From Firmicutes bacterium UBA4795 (GTDB taxonomy: Bacteria; Bacillota; Desulfotomaculia; Desulfotomaculales; Nap2-2B), in NCBI GenBank assembly GCA_002402825.1, contig DHGP01000004.1:19259-83258 (forward strand): a stretch of 64,000 bases of DNA, read 5' to 3'. The notes beneath the pieces were generated by a model that saw nothing but the letters and a program-made list of their open reading frames with translations, was not told the origin of the DNA and searched no databases. Positions 28,966-38,546 of the stretch are shown here, one piece after another. The position numbers and the translations under genes are program-made. Numbering within the stretch: position 1 is the stretch's first letter; every line of letters begins with the position of its first letter.

Positions 28966-29046
28966 CTCGAGGTTCGAAATTCGAAATTTGAGGTTCGAAA
29001 CTGGTTAAAATTATTTTGAACTTCGGACTTCTAATCTTAAACCTCA
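28966..29046. repeat. heptamer-periodic imperfect inverted repeat (CTCGAGGTTCGAA family)
   Basis: The left arm reads CTCGAGG TTCGAAA TTCGAAA TTTGAGG TTCGAAA. After a spacer the right arm reads TTGAACT TCGGACT TCTAATC TTAAACC TCA. It shares the CTCGAGGTTCGAA core with 61929..61993. Confidence 0.7.
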
Positions 29047-29085
29047 TTGTTTTTTGTGGCCTTTTTGCGCTAAAAAATAATCACC

Positions 29086-29649
29086 TTAGTCCTTTTCTTC
29101 AGCAAAATTATTATTGAACTCTTCTAACATACGGGAAAAAATTACTTCAATTCTATTGATGTTTTTTTGGCTCATCTCTAATATATCCTGATAATATAAC
29201 TCAAGCGTTTTCTTTGAATAAGTGGCCAGTTCACCCCGGGAATAGGTCTCCGAAGAAACAATCTGTGGGGTATCCTGCCGGCTGTAAATAGGCCGGGCCG
29301 GCGTATATTGCGGAGATTTTGCGGCTAACTCTTCCAGCCACTTGCATTCAATAGCCACAATTTTGTCTATTAATGAGAGAACCTCTGAATCTGGAGGTGG
29401 AATTAAACCTTCCATACGGGCGTACTTTTCGGTCATTAAATTTCGCTTTACTTTTTTTGCCCCTTGAAGGTCATTTAAATAGCTTTCCAAAGTAGCTTCA
29501 GACCAGCTCATAAAATTGCTTGACCTGATAATTTTAAAAGTATCTGGTTCTTCCTGACACGATGCCTTTCCTCCCCTATTTTTAACCTTTGAAAACATCT
29601 CCCATTCAATTTCTATAATTTTAGTGATTAAGTCTTCCTTCTTACTCAT
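29086..29649 (-). CDS. DUF4125-family protein
   Basis: EIEWEMFSKVKNRGGKASCQE...MTEKYARMEG matches my recollection of DUF4125. The ATG at 29649 lies after AAAAAGGAGGT. Confidence 0.55.
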   Translation of the reverse strand: MSKKEDLITKIIEIEWEMFSKVKNRGGKASCQEEPDTFKIIRSSNFMSWSEATLESYLNDLQGAKKVKRNLMTEKYARMEGLIPPPDSEVLSLIDKIVAIECKWLEELAAKSPQYTPARPIYSRQDTPQIVSSETYSRGELATYSKKTLELYYQDILEMSQKNINRIEVIFSRMLEEFNNNFAEEKD

Positions 29650-29666
29650 TTTTTTACCTCCTTTTT

Positions 29667-31088
29667 TCAATCTTTACCTTTAATTACGGCTAATGGGTGC
29701 ATCCGGGCAACTTTTTGGGTAAAACCAAGGGTAACTAACGAATTTACCACTTCATCAATATTTTTGTAGGCCAGGGGTGCTTCATCAATTAACTCCCGGT
29801 AATTACGGGCATTGTATAACACCTCACCCATGCTTCCGTTAAATTGTTCTCTGGTAATTACTTTAGCTGCAGCATTTCGGGAGAGAACCCTTCCTGCTCC
29901 GTGGTTTACTGAAAAGAAGGTTTCTTTAGCTAAAGGGGTACCTACCAACACGTATGAAGCCGTACCCATGCTGCCCGGAATTAAGACCGGATGGCCAGTG
30001 TTTAAATAAACAGGCGGATTATCCGGGTGCCCGGCGGGTAAGGCGCGGGTAGCTCCTTTACGGTGGATTAATACCCGGGTTTTATTATGCTTTTCCCATT
30101 TAGCAATGTTATGGGCTACGTCGTACACTATTTTCATCCCCAGCTTTAGTGGTGTTTCACCTAAAACATCAGTAAAAGCCTTCATCACGTCATGCATAAT
30201 AATTTGCCGGTTGGAAAAGGCAAAATTTACGGCACAGGCCATGGCGGCATAATAATTTTTCCCTTCAGGAGAATTAATGGGTGCGCAAGCCAAACCTTTA
30301 CTGGATAAGTTTATTTTATATTTTTCGGCTACCGTAAGCAAGCTTCTGGAGTAATCCGTGCAAATCTGGTGGCCGAAACCGCGGCTGCCTGTATGTATCA
30401 TTATGGTAAGCTGGCCGGTAAAAAGCCCAAAGGCTTTAGCCAGCAACTGGTCATATATTTCCACAACCTCCTGAATCTCAATAAAATGATTGCCGCCCCC
30501 TAATGTTCCTAACTGTACTGAGCCGCGCTCACAAGCTTTACTGCTCACCGCGCCTAAGTCAGCGCCTTTTAACCAGCCTCTTTCCTCTATATGTTCTAAG
30601 TCTTGTTCGTGGCCATAGCCCTGGGTAATTACCTCTTTTGCCCCGGTATAAACCACTTGTTCAAAGATGGCCCGGGTTATTCCTTGATGACGGCCTTTGC
30701 GACCAATACCGGTAGGAACGTATTCTTCAATTTTTTGCATTAGTTCCCTTAAAACAGGTTTATTAAAATCACGGGCCAGTAAGCCGGTCCTCACTAAACG
30801 AACGCCGCAATTAATATCCATGCCCACGGCCCCGGCCGAAATTACCCCCTCCTCGCCAACGGCCATTACTCCTCCTATAGGTAAGCCAAAACCTTCGTGA
30901 ATATCCGGCATACCCACCACTGGACTTATTACTCCAGGCAACTGGGCTGCGTGAGCCAATTGTTCCAAAGCTTTATCTTCGTACAGATTTGATACCAGCG
31001 CCGGACTTGCAAATACAACTACTTCTACCCGCATCCCTTCTGCCCGGGCCAGGCGGTAACGGTTAACGCCATCGGAAATTAACTTCAT
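29667..31088 (-). CDS. rtcB: RNA-splicing ligase RtcB
   Basis: 473 aa with PDIHEGFG, DINCGVR, GGGNHF, GSRGFGHQ and HGAGR motifs. Confidence 0.93.
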   Translation of the reverse strand: MKLISDGVNRYRLARAEGMRVEVVVFASPALVSNLYEDKALEQLAHAAQLPGVISPVVGMPDIHEGFGLPIGGVMAVGEEGVISAGAVGMDINCGVRLVRTGLLARDFNKPVLRELMQKIEEYVPTGIGRKGRHQGITRAIFEQVVYTGAKEVITQGYGHEQDLEHIEERGWLKGADLGAVSSKACERGSVQLGTLGGGNHFIEIQEVVEIYDQLLAKAFGLFTGQLTIMIHTGSRGFGHQICTDYSRSLLTVAEKYKINLSSKGLACAPINSPEGKNYYAAMACAVNFAFSNRQIIMHDVMKAFTDVLGETPLKLGMKIVYDVAHNIAKWEKHNKTRVLIHRKGATRALPAGHPDNPPVYLNTGHPVLIPGSMGTASYVLVGTPLAKETFFSVNHGAGRVLSRNAAAKVITREQFNGSMGEVLYNARNYRELIDEAPLAYKNIDEVVNSLVTLGFTQKVARMHPLAVIKGKD

Positions 31089-31099
31089 TATCCCTCAAC

Positions 31100-31870
31100 C
31101 TACTTTTGAGCTTCGCCTTCTTGTTCTTGAAAAAATTTCAGGAACGGTTTAATTATATCCAAAGGCAAAGGAAAAACAATAGTACTAGCCTTGTCGGTAG
31201 TAATTTCTCTTATTGTTTGCAGGTAGCGAAGCTGTAAGGCGGCCGGGATTTGAGCAATAATTTTTGCCGCATCGACCAGTTTTTCGGCGGCCTGGTATTC
31301 GCCGTCAGCGTGAATTATTTTTGCCCGCTTTTCCCTTTCTGCTTCCGCCTGCGCGGCCATGGCCCGCTGCATGGTAGGCGGTAGTTCTAAGTCCCGGATT
31401 TCAACCAGACTGACTTTAATTCCCCATGATTCTGTACCCTCATCAATGGTTTTTTGCAGACGTTGGTTAATTTCCTCTCTTTTCCCCAGAATTTCGTCTA
31501 ATTGTGACTGTCCCATGATACTGCGCAGGGTAGTTTGGGATAACTGGGAAGTAGCGCGAATAAAATCAAGTACGTTGATTACGGAATGAACCGGGTTTAC
31601 CACCTGAAAATAAACAATGGCGTTTACTTTAATGGTAACGTTATCGTTGGTAATAGTTTCCTGAGCGGGAACGTCCATAGTAATTACCCTTAGGTCAACC
31701 TTTTGCATACGCTCAATGAAGGGAATTAAAAGTATTAAGCCTGGTCCCCGCGCTCCCACACAACGACCCAGCCGGAAGATTACCCCCCGTTCATATTCCT
31801 GGACAATACGAATGGAAGCAAACAAGAGCATTAGAACAATAATCACAATAATAGTCACTAAAATAGGCAT
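31100..31870 (-). CDS. SPFH/band-7 (stomatin-like, slipin) membrane protein
   Basis: It has an N-terminal TM helix, the SPFH core ([14 protein letters not shown]...TNDNV) and an Ala/Glu-rich coiled coil. It is paired with an upstream NfeD gene. Confidence 0.9.
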   Translation of the reverse strand: MPILVTIIVIIVLMLLFASIRIVQEYERGVIFRLGRCVGARGPGLILLIPFIERMQKVDLRVITMDVPAQETITNDNVTIKVNAIVYFQVVNPVHSVINVLDFIRATSQLSQTTLRSIMGQSQLDEILGKREEINQRLQKTIDEGTESWGIKVSLVEIRDLELPPTMQRAMAAQAEAEREKRAKIIHADGEYQAAEKLVDAAKIIAQIPAALQLRYLQTIREITTDKASTIVFPLPLDIIKPFLKFFQEQEGEAQK

Positions 31871-32006
31871 TTTTAAAACCTCCTAAATTTATTGTAGTGG
31901 CGTCAAATTTAACACCCCTACGTACTAAGTTTTTACTTGCTTTTAACGTAACTTTTAACGTAAACAAATAATTATTGATCTCATTTGAACCGCTAATTAG
32001 CTTTAG

Positions 32007-33317
32007 TTATTTTTTCTTTACCCGCAGCTTTAAGCCATCCATACCCGTAATGATTACTTCTTCACCCTCATCACACCACCCCTCTTCAGCTATAGCCTGC
32101 CAAAGTCCGCCAGCGTAAAGAACAGTTCCTTTAGGCGTAAGAGGTGTACGCGTAACAGCTACCTGGCCTATAGCTCCTTCTTGTCCTGTTGTTACTCGAC
32201 GTTTTTGACCCCGTACAATGGCCATAACCAGCAAAAATAAAAGACCGGTGAACAATATGGTAATCGTAAAAATAAGCCAGGGGCTGACCCTTAAACCTGG
32301 TTCACTTCCTGAAAAAAGAAGCAAAGAACCTAACACGAAAGCCACCAACCCTCCTGTTCCTAATAAGCCGTGACTGACAATAAAAGCTTCAGCAATAAAA
32401 AGCCCAAAGGCCAATACCAAAAGCAAAAGGCCAACCCAGTACGCTTCAAGAGTTCCCAAGCCATAAAGCCCCAGTAAAAGGCTCAAGCCCCCAATTAAGC
32501 CCGGAAAAACAGCCCCCGGATGGTATATTTCTACCATCAAACCAAGCATCCCTAAAGTAAATAATAAATAAGCTATTTCCGGATTGCTAAAAGTCAAAAG
32601 AAATTTTTCCCGCCAGTTCAGGTCTATTGGGTGCAGGGAAATATTTTTTGTTTTCACGGTTACTTGCTGATCGTTTCTTAGCGTAAAGCTTTTTCCATTT
32701 AGTTTGGCCAACAATTCTTCCAAGCTCCGGGCCCGGGCATCAATTAAATTTTTTTCTAACGCCTCCTTATCGGAATAAGATTTGCTTTTCTTTACCGTGA
32801 GTTCAGCCGCCTGGACGTTTCTCCCCCGCATTTGGGCCAAAGAGCGAATCCAGGCCGCCGCATCTTCGGTAATTTTTTCCCCGGGAATCTTTGCTTCTTC
32901 TTCCGGACCAACGGATACAGGATGAGCGGCCCCAATCCTGCTTCCCGGGGACATAACAGCATAATGAGAGGCAACCGTAATAAAAGTGCCTGCCGAAGCA
33001 GCCCAGCCCCCCTGAGGAAATACAAAAACTACCACTGGAACCTGAGCACTTAAAATCCGGCTGACAATTTGCTGGGTTGATTGGTAAAGACCACCAGGAG
33101 TATTAAGTTTAATGAGGCAAAAAGAAGCGCGGCTTTCTTCCGCGTAATTGATTCCCCGGTCAAAGTAACTGGCAACCACCGGAACAATTGGTCCATCTAC
33201 CGTAAGAACTACCACTTCATTTTTTTGGGTTTCTGCTGGCCCAAAATTAACCGGCCAAGTAAAGCTTAGCAGCAAAATAAAAAGAAAAAAGATTAATTTA
33301 CGTTTATTTTTTCCCAT
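32007..33317 (-). CDS. NfeD-family membrane-bound ClpP-class serine protease
   Basis: It has a signal/TM helix, a ClpP-like domain (GGWAASAGTFI), a multi-TM block and a C-terminal OB-fold NfeD domain. This is the canonical partner of SPFH proteins. Confidence 0.88.
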   Translation of the reverse strand: MGKNKRKLIFFLFILLLSFTWPVNFGPAETQKNEVVVLTVDGPIVPVVASYFDRGINYAEESRASFCLIKLNTPGGLYQSTQQIVSRILSAQVPVVVFVFPQGGWAASAGTFITVASHYAVMSPGSRIGAAHPVSVGPEEEAKIPGEKITEDAAAWIRSLAQMRGRNVQAAELTVKKSKSYSDKEALEKNLIDARARSLEELLAKLNGKSFTLRNDQQVTVKTKNISLHPIDLNWREKFLLTFSNPEIAYLLFTLGMLGLMVEIYHPGAVFPGLIGGLSLLLGLYGLGTLEAYWVGLLLLVLAFGLFIAEAFIVSHGLLGTGGLVAFVLGSLLLFSGSEPGLRVSPWLIFTITILFTGLLFLLVMAIVRGQKRRVTTGQEGAIGQVAVTRTPLTPKGTVLYAGGLWQAIAEEGWCDEGEEVIITGMDGLKLRVKKK

Positions 33318-33684
33318 TTTTGTTCCTTAATCAAAAATTTCAGGTTTAAAAACATTTTTTAACCTTTTTCTTATTATACCATAACGTAGCATAGCAGCAA
33401 GCAAAAGAGAATAGCCGTTCCTTAATAAAAACCGGGAAATAAATTCCCTGAGGCAAATAAAGACTGTCGAAAAATCCCCCCTGCTTTTGTTTACCAATAA
33501 ATAACATGCAATAATATTTGATTATGTTCTAAGGTAAACTAACAAAATTAAGAGATTTCTTCTAAAAAAGAAGGAATTATGCCATTCATGTCGAATATTA
33601 CCTCTAATAAAGAATAATTTTTTGATTGAGAAGCAATGAATAAAAAAACTAAAAAATACCTCAATTTATTAAGGGAGGCGAAGG

Positions 33685-34209
33685 GTTACGGGCAAAGTAA
33701 AATTACCCCAACTGGTTAAGCTTTTTGCAGGGCTTTTATTTACCTCCCTTGATTTTTTAAGCCGGGCCAAAAAAAGATTGGTAAAAGAGTTCGGCCCGGC
33801 GGATAAAGAAAGTAAAATAATGGATTTTACTTATACCAGTTATTATAATGAAGAAATGGGAGTTGGGATAAAACGACAGTTTATTAGTTTTACCCGACTC
33901 ATTTTACCTGAACAACTGCCGGGTATTAAACTTTTAACCAACAAAATGGAACAGGACCTGGCCTTAGAAGGAAAGCGATTGGTAAATATAGACCCTGGTT
34001 ATTTAAGTTTAGCCAAGGTGGTACTGGCCACCACCAAGGACTATTCTCACCGGCTTTATCTAGGGCAGGGGATTTACGGGGAAGTTACCTTGACTTACGC
34101 TAAGGGTAAATTTAGTCCTTTTCCGTGGACTTACCCTGATTACCAAACCCAGGCTTACCAACAGTTTTTTAGGGAGATTAGGGAAATTTATAAAAAGCAG
34201 TTACCGTAA
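33685..34209 (+). CDS. DUF4416-family protein (start codon unresolved)
   Basis: The conserved core is FTYTSYYNEEMG...NIDPGYLSLAKVVLATTKDYSHRLYLGQGIYGEVTL...WTYPDY. Family-like N-terminal sequence (GKVKLPQLVKLFAGLLFTS) continues upstream of the track TTG at 33778, but there is no ATG/GTG/TTG between the stop at 33670 and 33778. Confidence 0.6.
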   Translation, partial: VTGKVKLPQLVKLFAGLLFTSLDFLSRAKKRLVKEFGPADKESKIMDFTYTSYYNEEMGVGIKRQFISFTRLILPEQLPGIKLLTNKMEQDLALEGKRLVNIDPGYLSLAKVVLATTKDYSHRLYLGQGIYGEVTLTYAKGKFSPFPWTYPDYQTQAYQQFFREIREIYKKQLP

Positions 34210-34325
34210 ATTAGAGCAGGCTTTCTTAATAAGCTTTCCCAAAGGCAAAAAGGCAAGCGCTAAACTTGTTTAAATTTAATACTTTTGCCCTGGTATAAAA
34301 TGAGATGATAATTTCTGGTTTTAGG

Positions 34326-35906
34326 CTACCGCAAAGGTACATTTTTCTTTAATAATAATCCGTAAGCAATGCTGTCTACCAGGGCTTGCCAACTGGCTTC
34401 AATAATATTAGACGAAACTCCCACTGTTCCCCAGGAACGTTGACCGTCGCCGGTTTCAATAAGCACCCTTACCATCGCGCCGGTACCATCTTTTTCGTCC
34501 AGCACCCGTACTTTGTAATCAGTAAGGTGCATTTTTTTAATTTCCGGATAAGCTTCTTCTATGGCTTTACGCAGGGCATTGTCTAAAGCGTTTACCGGTC
34601 CGTTTCCTTCGGCCGCGGTGTGTACGGTGTGGTTATTAATGGTAATTTTAATGGTAGCCTCAGAATAAACCGTCCCATTTTCTCTTTTTTCAATTATGAC
34701 GCGCAAGTTTTCTAACTTAAACAATTCCTTATAGCCCTGGTAAATTTTACATAAACGTAATTCTAGGGAGCCTTCTGCTCCTTCAAACTGGTAACCTTGG
34801 TGCTCTAATTCTTTAATTTCTTTTAAAATCGCGCGGTTTTCTTCTCCTGTTACAGGAGGGATAAAATTAAATTCTTTATATTTATATAAAAGATTTGAAG
34901 TTCCGCTAAGCTCCGAAACCAAAATTCGCCGCTGGTTACCTACTATTGCCGGGTCAATATGTTCGTAAGTACTTGCCTCTTTTAAAATAGCGCTGGCGTG
35001 AACACCACCTTTGTGGGCAAAGGCGCTTGACCCCACGAAAGGCTGGGAGGATAGCGGATGCATGTTGGCCAGTTCACTAACGTAACGGGCCAGTTCAGTC
35101 AACCGGACCAGGTTGTTAAAAGGAATGGTGGCCACCTTGCATTTTACAGTCAAATTAGGAATAACAGAACAAAGATTAGCGTTGCCGCAGCGTTCCCCGT
35201 AGCCATTAATTGTGCCCTGCACCTGACTTACGCCGGCCTGGACAGCGACTATGGTATTGGCTACCGCTAATTCCCCATCGTTATGGCAGTGAATACCCAG
35301 AGGAAGGTTTATTTCTTTCCTTACCTGGTCAATTATAGGCCCGATTTCGTGAGGCAAACTCCCGCCGTTAGTATCACATAGCACAATTATTTTTGCGCCT
35401 CCCTCCCTGGCTGCTTTCAAAGTAGCCAGGGCGTATTCGGGATTTGCTTTAAATCCATCAAAGAAATGTTCGGCGTCGTAAAAAACAGCTAACCCATTTT
35501 GACTTAAATAAGCAACAGATTGCTTAATCATGTTTAAATTTTCAAACAAAGAGGTAGCCAGGGCCCGGGTAACGTGAAAATCCCACGATTTCCCCACTAT
35601 GGCGGCGGTAGACACTTTTGCTTCCAGAATACTTTGAATATTTTTGTCTTCCGCAGCCTCTATATTAGGTTTTCGGGTACACCCAAAAGCTACTATTTTT
35701 GTATTTACCAGGCGGTGCTCCTGTATGCGTTTAAAATAAGTAATGTCTTTGGGATTAGAGCCCGGCCAGCCACCCTCAACATAATGAATACCTAATTTAT
35801 CCAGTTTTAAAGTTATTTTTATTTTATCTTCAACCGAGAAGGAGATACCTTCTCCTTGTGCCCCATCGCGTAGTGTGGTGTCGTAAATTTCTACCGCCGT
35901 CAACAT
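34326..35906 (-). CDS. cimA: citramalate synthase (CimA; LeuA-related)
   Basis: 526 aa with IYDTTLRDGAQGEGISFSVEDK, the HCHND metal site and a C-terminal LeuA-dimer regulatory domain. Confidence 0.85.
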   Translation of the reverse strand: MLTAVEIYDTTLRDGAQGEGISFSVEDKIKITLKLDKLGIHYVEGGWPGSNPKDITYFKRIQEHRLVNTKIVAFGCTRKPNIEAAEDKNIQSILEAKVSTAAIVGKSWDFHVTRALATSLFENLNMIKQSVAYLSQNGLAVFYDAEHFFDGFKANPEYALATLKAAREGGAKIIVLCDTNGGSLPHEIGPIIDQVRKEINLPLGIHCHNDGELAVANTIVAVQAGVSQVQGTINGYGERCGNANLCSVIPNLTVKCKVATIPFNNLVRLTELARYVSELANMHPLSSQPFVGSSAFAHKGGVHASAILKEASTYEHIDPAIVGNQRRILVSELSGTSNLLYKYKEFNFIPPVTGEENRAILKEIKELEHQGYQFEGAEGSLELRLCKIYQGYKELFKLENLRVIIEKRENGTVYSEATIKITINNHTVHTAAEGNGPVNALDNALRKAIEEAYPEIKKMHLTDYKVRVLDEKDGTGAMVRVLIETGDGQRSWGTVGVSSNIIEASWQALVDSIAYGLLLKKNVPLR

Positions 35907-36475
35907 TTTTGCTCCCTTATTTGAACTTCTAACTCAAGTTTTAAAGGATTTAATTTTTCTTCGTATAACTGCTTTAAAAAAGTCAGGTCTTGTTTCCATT
36001 CATCTTTTGCGGCGGGATTAATTTCTATAATTGCCTCTCCAGATATTTTAAGGGCCGTTAACCTTTTTCTTCCTTCTATTGCTAACTCCTCCTTTTTCTT
36101 TTGGTTTATTTGGTCATACTGTTCAAAAAGATCCTTTATTTTTTCAATTGTTTCATTAAAAGCTGTTTGTTCCTCAAAAATTAGAAAAAGGGCTTTTTTA
36201 ATAGCCGTTAATCTTTTTTGGTTACCTGTTTCAATGGCCTGGATAAGTTTTTTGGCCATAGCCTGTTTAACTACCTCTTTTTCCTTACCAAAGTATTTTT
36301 TTAGTTCATGTTCTAATTGACGCGGGTCAGCTTGCTCTAAATATCTAATTGCTAAATTGCTTCCAATCATTAAGCATTTTTCGATATTGTACTTATCTAT
36401 CTGGTCTTTAGGTAATTCCTTAATATTTTGTGCTTTTTCCAGGGCTATTTCCCAGGCCTTTTTTATTTCACCCAT
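35900..36475 (-). CDS. hypothetical coiled-coil protein (paralogue of 57316..57897)
   Basis: 191 aa, Lys/Glu-rich and helical. The N-terminus MGEIKKAWEIALEKAQNI parallels MEKIKSAYEKALERAEKI in the paralogue. The 3' end overlaps the cimA start by 7 nt (AAATGTTGA). Confidence 0.6.
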   Translation of the reverse strand: MGEIKKAWEIALEKAQNIKELPKDQIDKYNIEKCLMIGSNLAIRYLEQADPRQLEHELKKYFGKEKEVVKQAMAKKLIQAIETGNQKRLTAIKKALFLIFEEQTAFNETIEKIKDLFEQYDQINQKKKEELAIEGRKRLTALKISGEAIIEINPAAKDEWKQDLTFLKQLYEEKLNPLKLELEVQIREQKC

Positions 36476-36585
36476 TTTTTTTCTCCTTAACGCTATACTT
36501 TTTATTTACTTCCTTATATAATAACTTATAATTTTTCTAAAAAAAATGTTTTTTAAAGAAAGTTTTTAAGAGGAGGACTGATTAT

Positions 36586-37317
36586 ATGTTTCATGAAAAT
36601 ACTAATTACCAATCGGTAAAAGTACTTGAAAATTTATACGGTTACCTTTGGCAAGGTATAGGCAATAACTGTAATACTTATCTTTTTACCCATCTTCTTG
36701 AAGGAAAATGTCCCCATGTTCTCATTGATCCAGGACATATTTCCAACGAATTTGGCAGTCCGTGTTTTGACCAGCTTTTGGCCGCCTTGCAAAAAGACGG
36801 GTTTGATGCTGCCTCCATTGGTTTAATCATAAACACTCACGCTCACCCGGATCACTGTGAAGCAAACCAGGCCTTAAAACAAAAAAATGGGGAAGTGCTT
36901 ATCGCCCTTTCCCAAATAGAAGATGAGTTTCGTAAAACAGTGGGTGAAAAATTATATACTTTACTAGGAATGACCGCTCCAGTCTTTGAGCCATTTTTGC
37001 TTTTAAGGGAAGGCCAGTTAAAATTAGGCGAAATTTCTTTATGTTTAATTCACACCCCCGGCCACTCACCAGGTTCTATATCTATTTATTGGGAGGAGAA
37101 GAAAGTCCTGATTACCGGTGATGTTCTGTTTGTAGGCAGTATTGGCCGAACAGACTTTCCCGGCGGGGACATATCACATTTAGAGCAAAGCATCAATAAA
37201 CTGGCCTCCTTAGAAATTGATTACTTGCTTACCGGCCACGCCACAGAATACGGGAGTATTTTAACTGACCAGGATAAAATAAAACGTAATTTTCAAATGG
37301 TCCGGTTCTTTTTTTAA
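36586..37317 (+). CDS. MBL-fold metallo-hydrolase (glyoxalase II-like)
   Basis: It has HAHPDH, HTPGHSPG and GDVLF...GRTDFPGG motifs. Confidence 0.88.
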   Translation: MFHENTNYQSVKVLENLYGYLWQGIGNNCNTYLFTHLLEGKCPHVLIDPGHISNEFGSPCFDQLLAALQKDGFDAASIGLIINTHAHPDHCEANQALKQKNGEVLIALSQIEDEFRKTVGEKLYTLLGMTAPVFEPFLLLREGQLKLGEISLCLIHTPGHSPGSISIYWEEKKVLITGDVLFVGSIGRTDFPGGDISHLEQSINKLASLEIDYLLTGHATEYGSILTDQDKIKRNFQMVRFFF

Positions 37318-37324
37318 AGTTATT

Positions 37325-37960
37325 TTATTTTGGTGCGGTTTCTTTAGCCATTCTTTCCTGCAGTTTTTCTCTTTGCCAGCGGTGAATATCGTCTAAAGCA
37401 GGTGGGGCGACGTAAAATACTTGAATTGAAGCAGGAAATTGCACGGCGTGTTCTTCACGGATAAACAAAACTCCCACCTCGTTTTCTTTTAAAGTAGCGT
37501 TAATTTGTTGGGCTATAAAATTATATCTTTTTTGACTGGCCTCCTGATAAAATTCGGTAACTTTTTGAAACACCTTTTCCGTCATAATTGCCTGTAAACA
37601 ATTACCCCAATCAATAAATTCATAAAATAAATTAATATCCTCGGTGGCCTGGACTTCTGCCCCCTTATCACACTTGCTTTTGATAAGCTGGTAGCCTTTT
37701 TCGTTTAACTCTTTGATTATATTTAAGCCTTCCTCGCCAGTATGTGGATTGGCTTCGTAATAAATCTTATTTATTATCCCAATTTTTAGCTCTAGCTTAT
37801 TTATTTGTTCTGCTAATTGTTGCCAGTATTGCTCAACTAATTTTAAATAATCCTGGGGAAAATTATCCCTGGCGTAAATTAAAGGCACCAAAAATAATTT
37901 CCTTTCTTTTTTATATTCTTCTACGTTGGGTTTTTCAATTTTGCCCAGTATTTCCGACAT
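37325..37960 (-). CDS. hypothetical protein (211 aa)
   Basis: Good RBS (GAGGAA) and tightly coupled to the upstream cupin gene. I recognise no motif. Confidence 0.5.
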   Translation of the reverse strand: MSEILGKIEKPNVEEYKKERKLFLVPLIYARDNFPQDYLKLVEQYWQQLAEQINKLELKIGIINKIYYEANPHTGEEGLNIIKELNEKGYQLIKSKCDKGAEVQATEDINLFYEFIDWGNCLQAIMTEKVFQKVTEFYQEASQKRYNFIAQQINATLKENEVGVLFIREEHAVQFPASIQVFYVAPPALDDIHRWQREKLQERMAKETAPK

Positions 37961-37963
37961 ATT

Positions 37964-38353
37964 TTATTCCTCACTAATCCCCTCGTAAAAACCAATAAGC
38001 TTTCCTTCTTCAGTGTAAGGAGTCATTGTTGTAGGCGGTGTATTAACGGTAAGGTAAACGGCGTTTCCCTCTCCAATATTTTCTATGGCGTGAGGGGTGG
38101 TGGATTTATGCCACAGAATATCCCCTTCTTCCAGTTCGTAAACTTTATTGCCAACGGTGCATTTAACTTTGCCTTTTAACATAATACGCAATTCTTCCCC
38201 TTCATGAGCGTAAAATCCCGTTCCATTTCCAGGTTCAAATTCTACTTCTACCCCAATTAATTTATTAGACCTTGCAACCATCCGGTATGTTTTACCTTCG
38301 ATCTTTCTTTCTTCCTGGTACTTGCCTTTTTTTCTTAAAATTGCTTCATCCAT
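37964..38353 (-). CDS. cupin-domain protein
   Basis: The cupin motifs are G.G.YAHEGEE and GDILW......PH...N. The start is set at the ATG 9 nt after AAGGGAG (MDEAIL...). Confidence 0.75.
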   Translation of the reverse strand: MDEAILRKKGKYQEERKIEGKTYRMVARSNKLIGVEVEFEPGNGTGFYAHEGEELRIMLKGKVKCTVGNKVYELEEGDILWHKSTTPHAIENIGEGNAVYLTVNTPPTTMTPYTEEGKLIGFYEGISEE

Positions 38354-38546
38354 TATTGTCATCTCCCTTTCCTTTAATTTTAACTGCAATATTAATTTAG
38401 TTTAATTTGTCATAAAAGTCAATCGTAAATCAGGATATATTAATCATATGGATAATTTATATGAATATTAAAAAAATATACTTTACATTTAATTATTTAA
38501 CTATTATAATAGTCAGAAATTTAAAAAATTAAAAGGAGGTAAAAAA

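Noticed and set aside
31941-31964. A 12-nt tandem duplication (TTTTAACGTAAC TTTTAACGTAAA) between the nfeD and stomatin genes
   Set aside because: There are only two units and no family members elsewhere in the window. It is most simply a local slippage duplication.
33465-33595. Perfect Spo0A-box heptamers (TGTCGAA) at 33465-33471 and 33589-33595, and another at 25224-25230 in the ctp/ftsE divergent region
   Set aside because: A specific 7-mer is expected several times by chance in 64 kb on two strands. Without promoter context or conservation these cannot be called regulatory sites.
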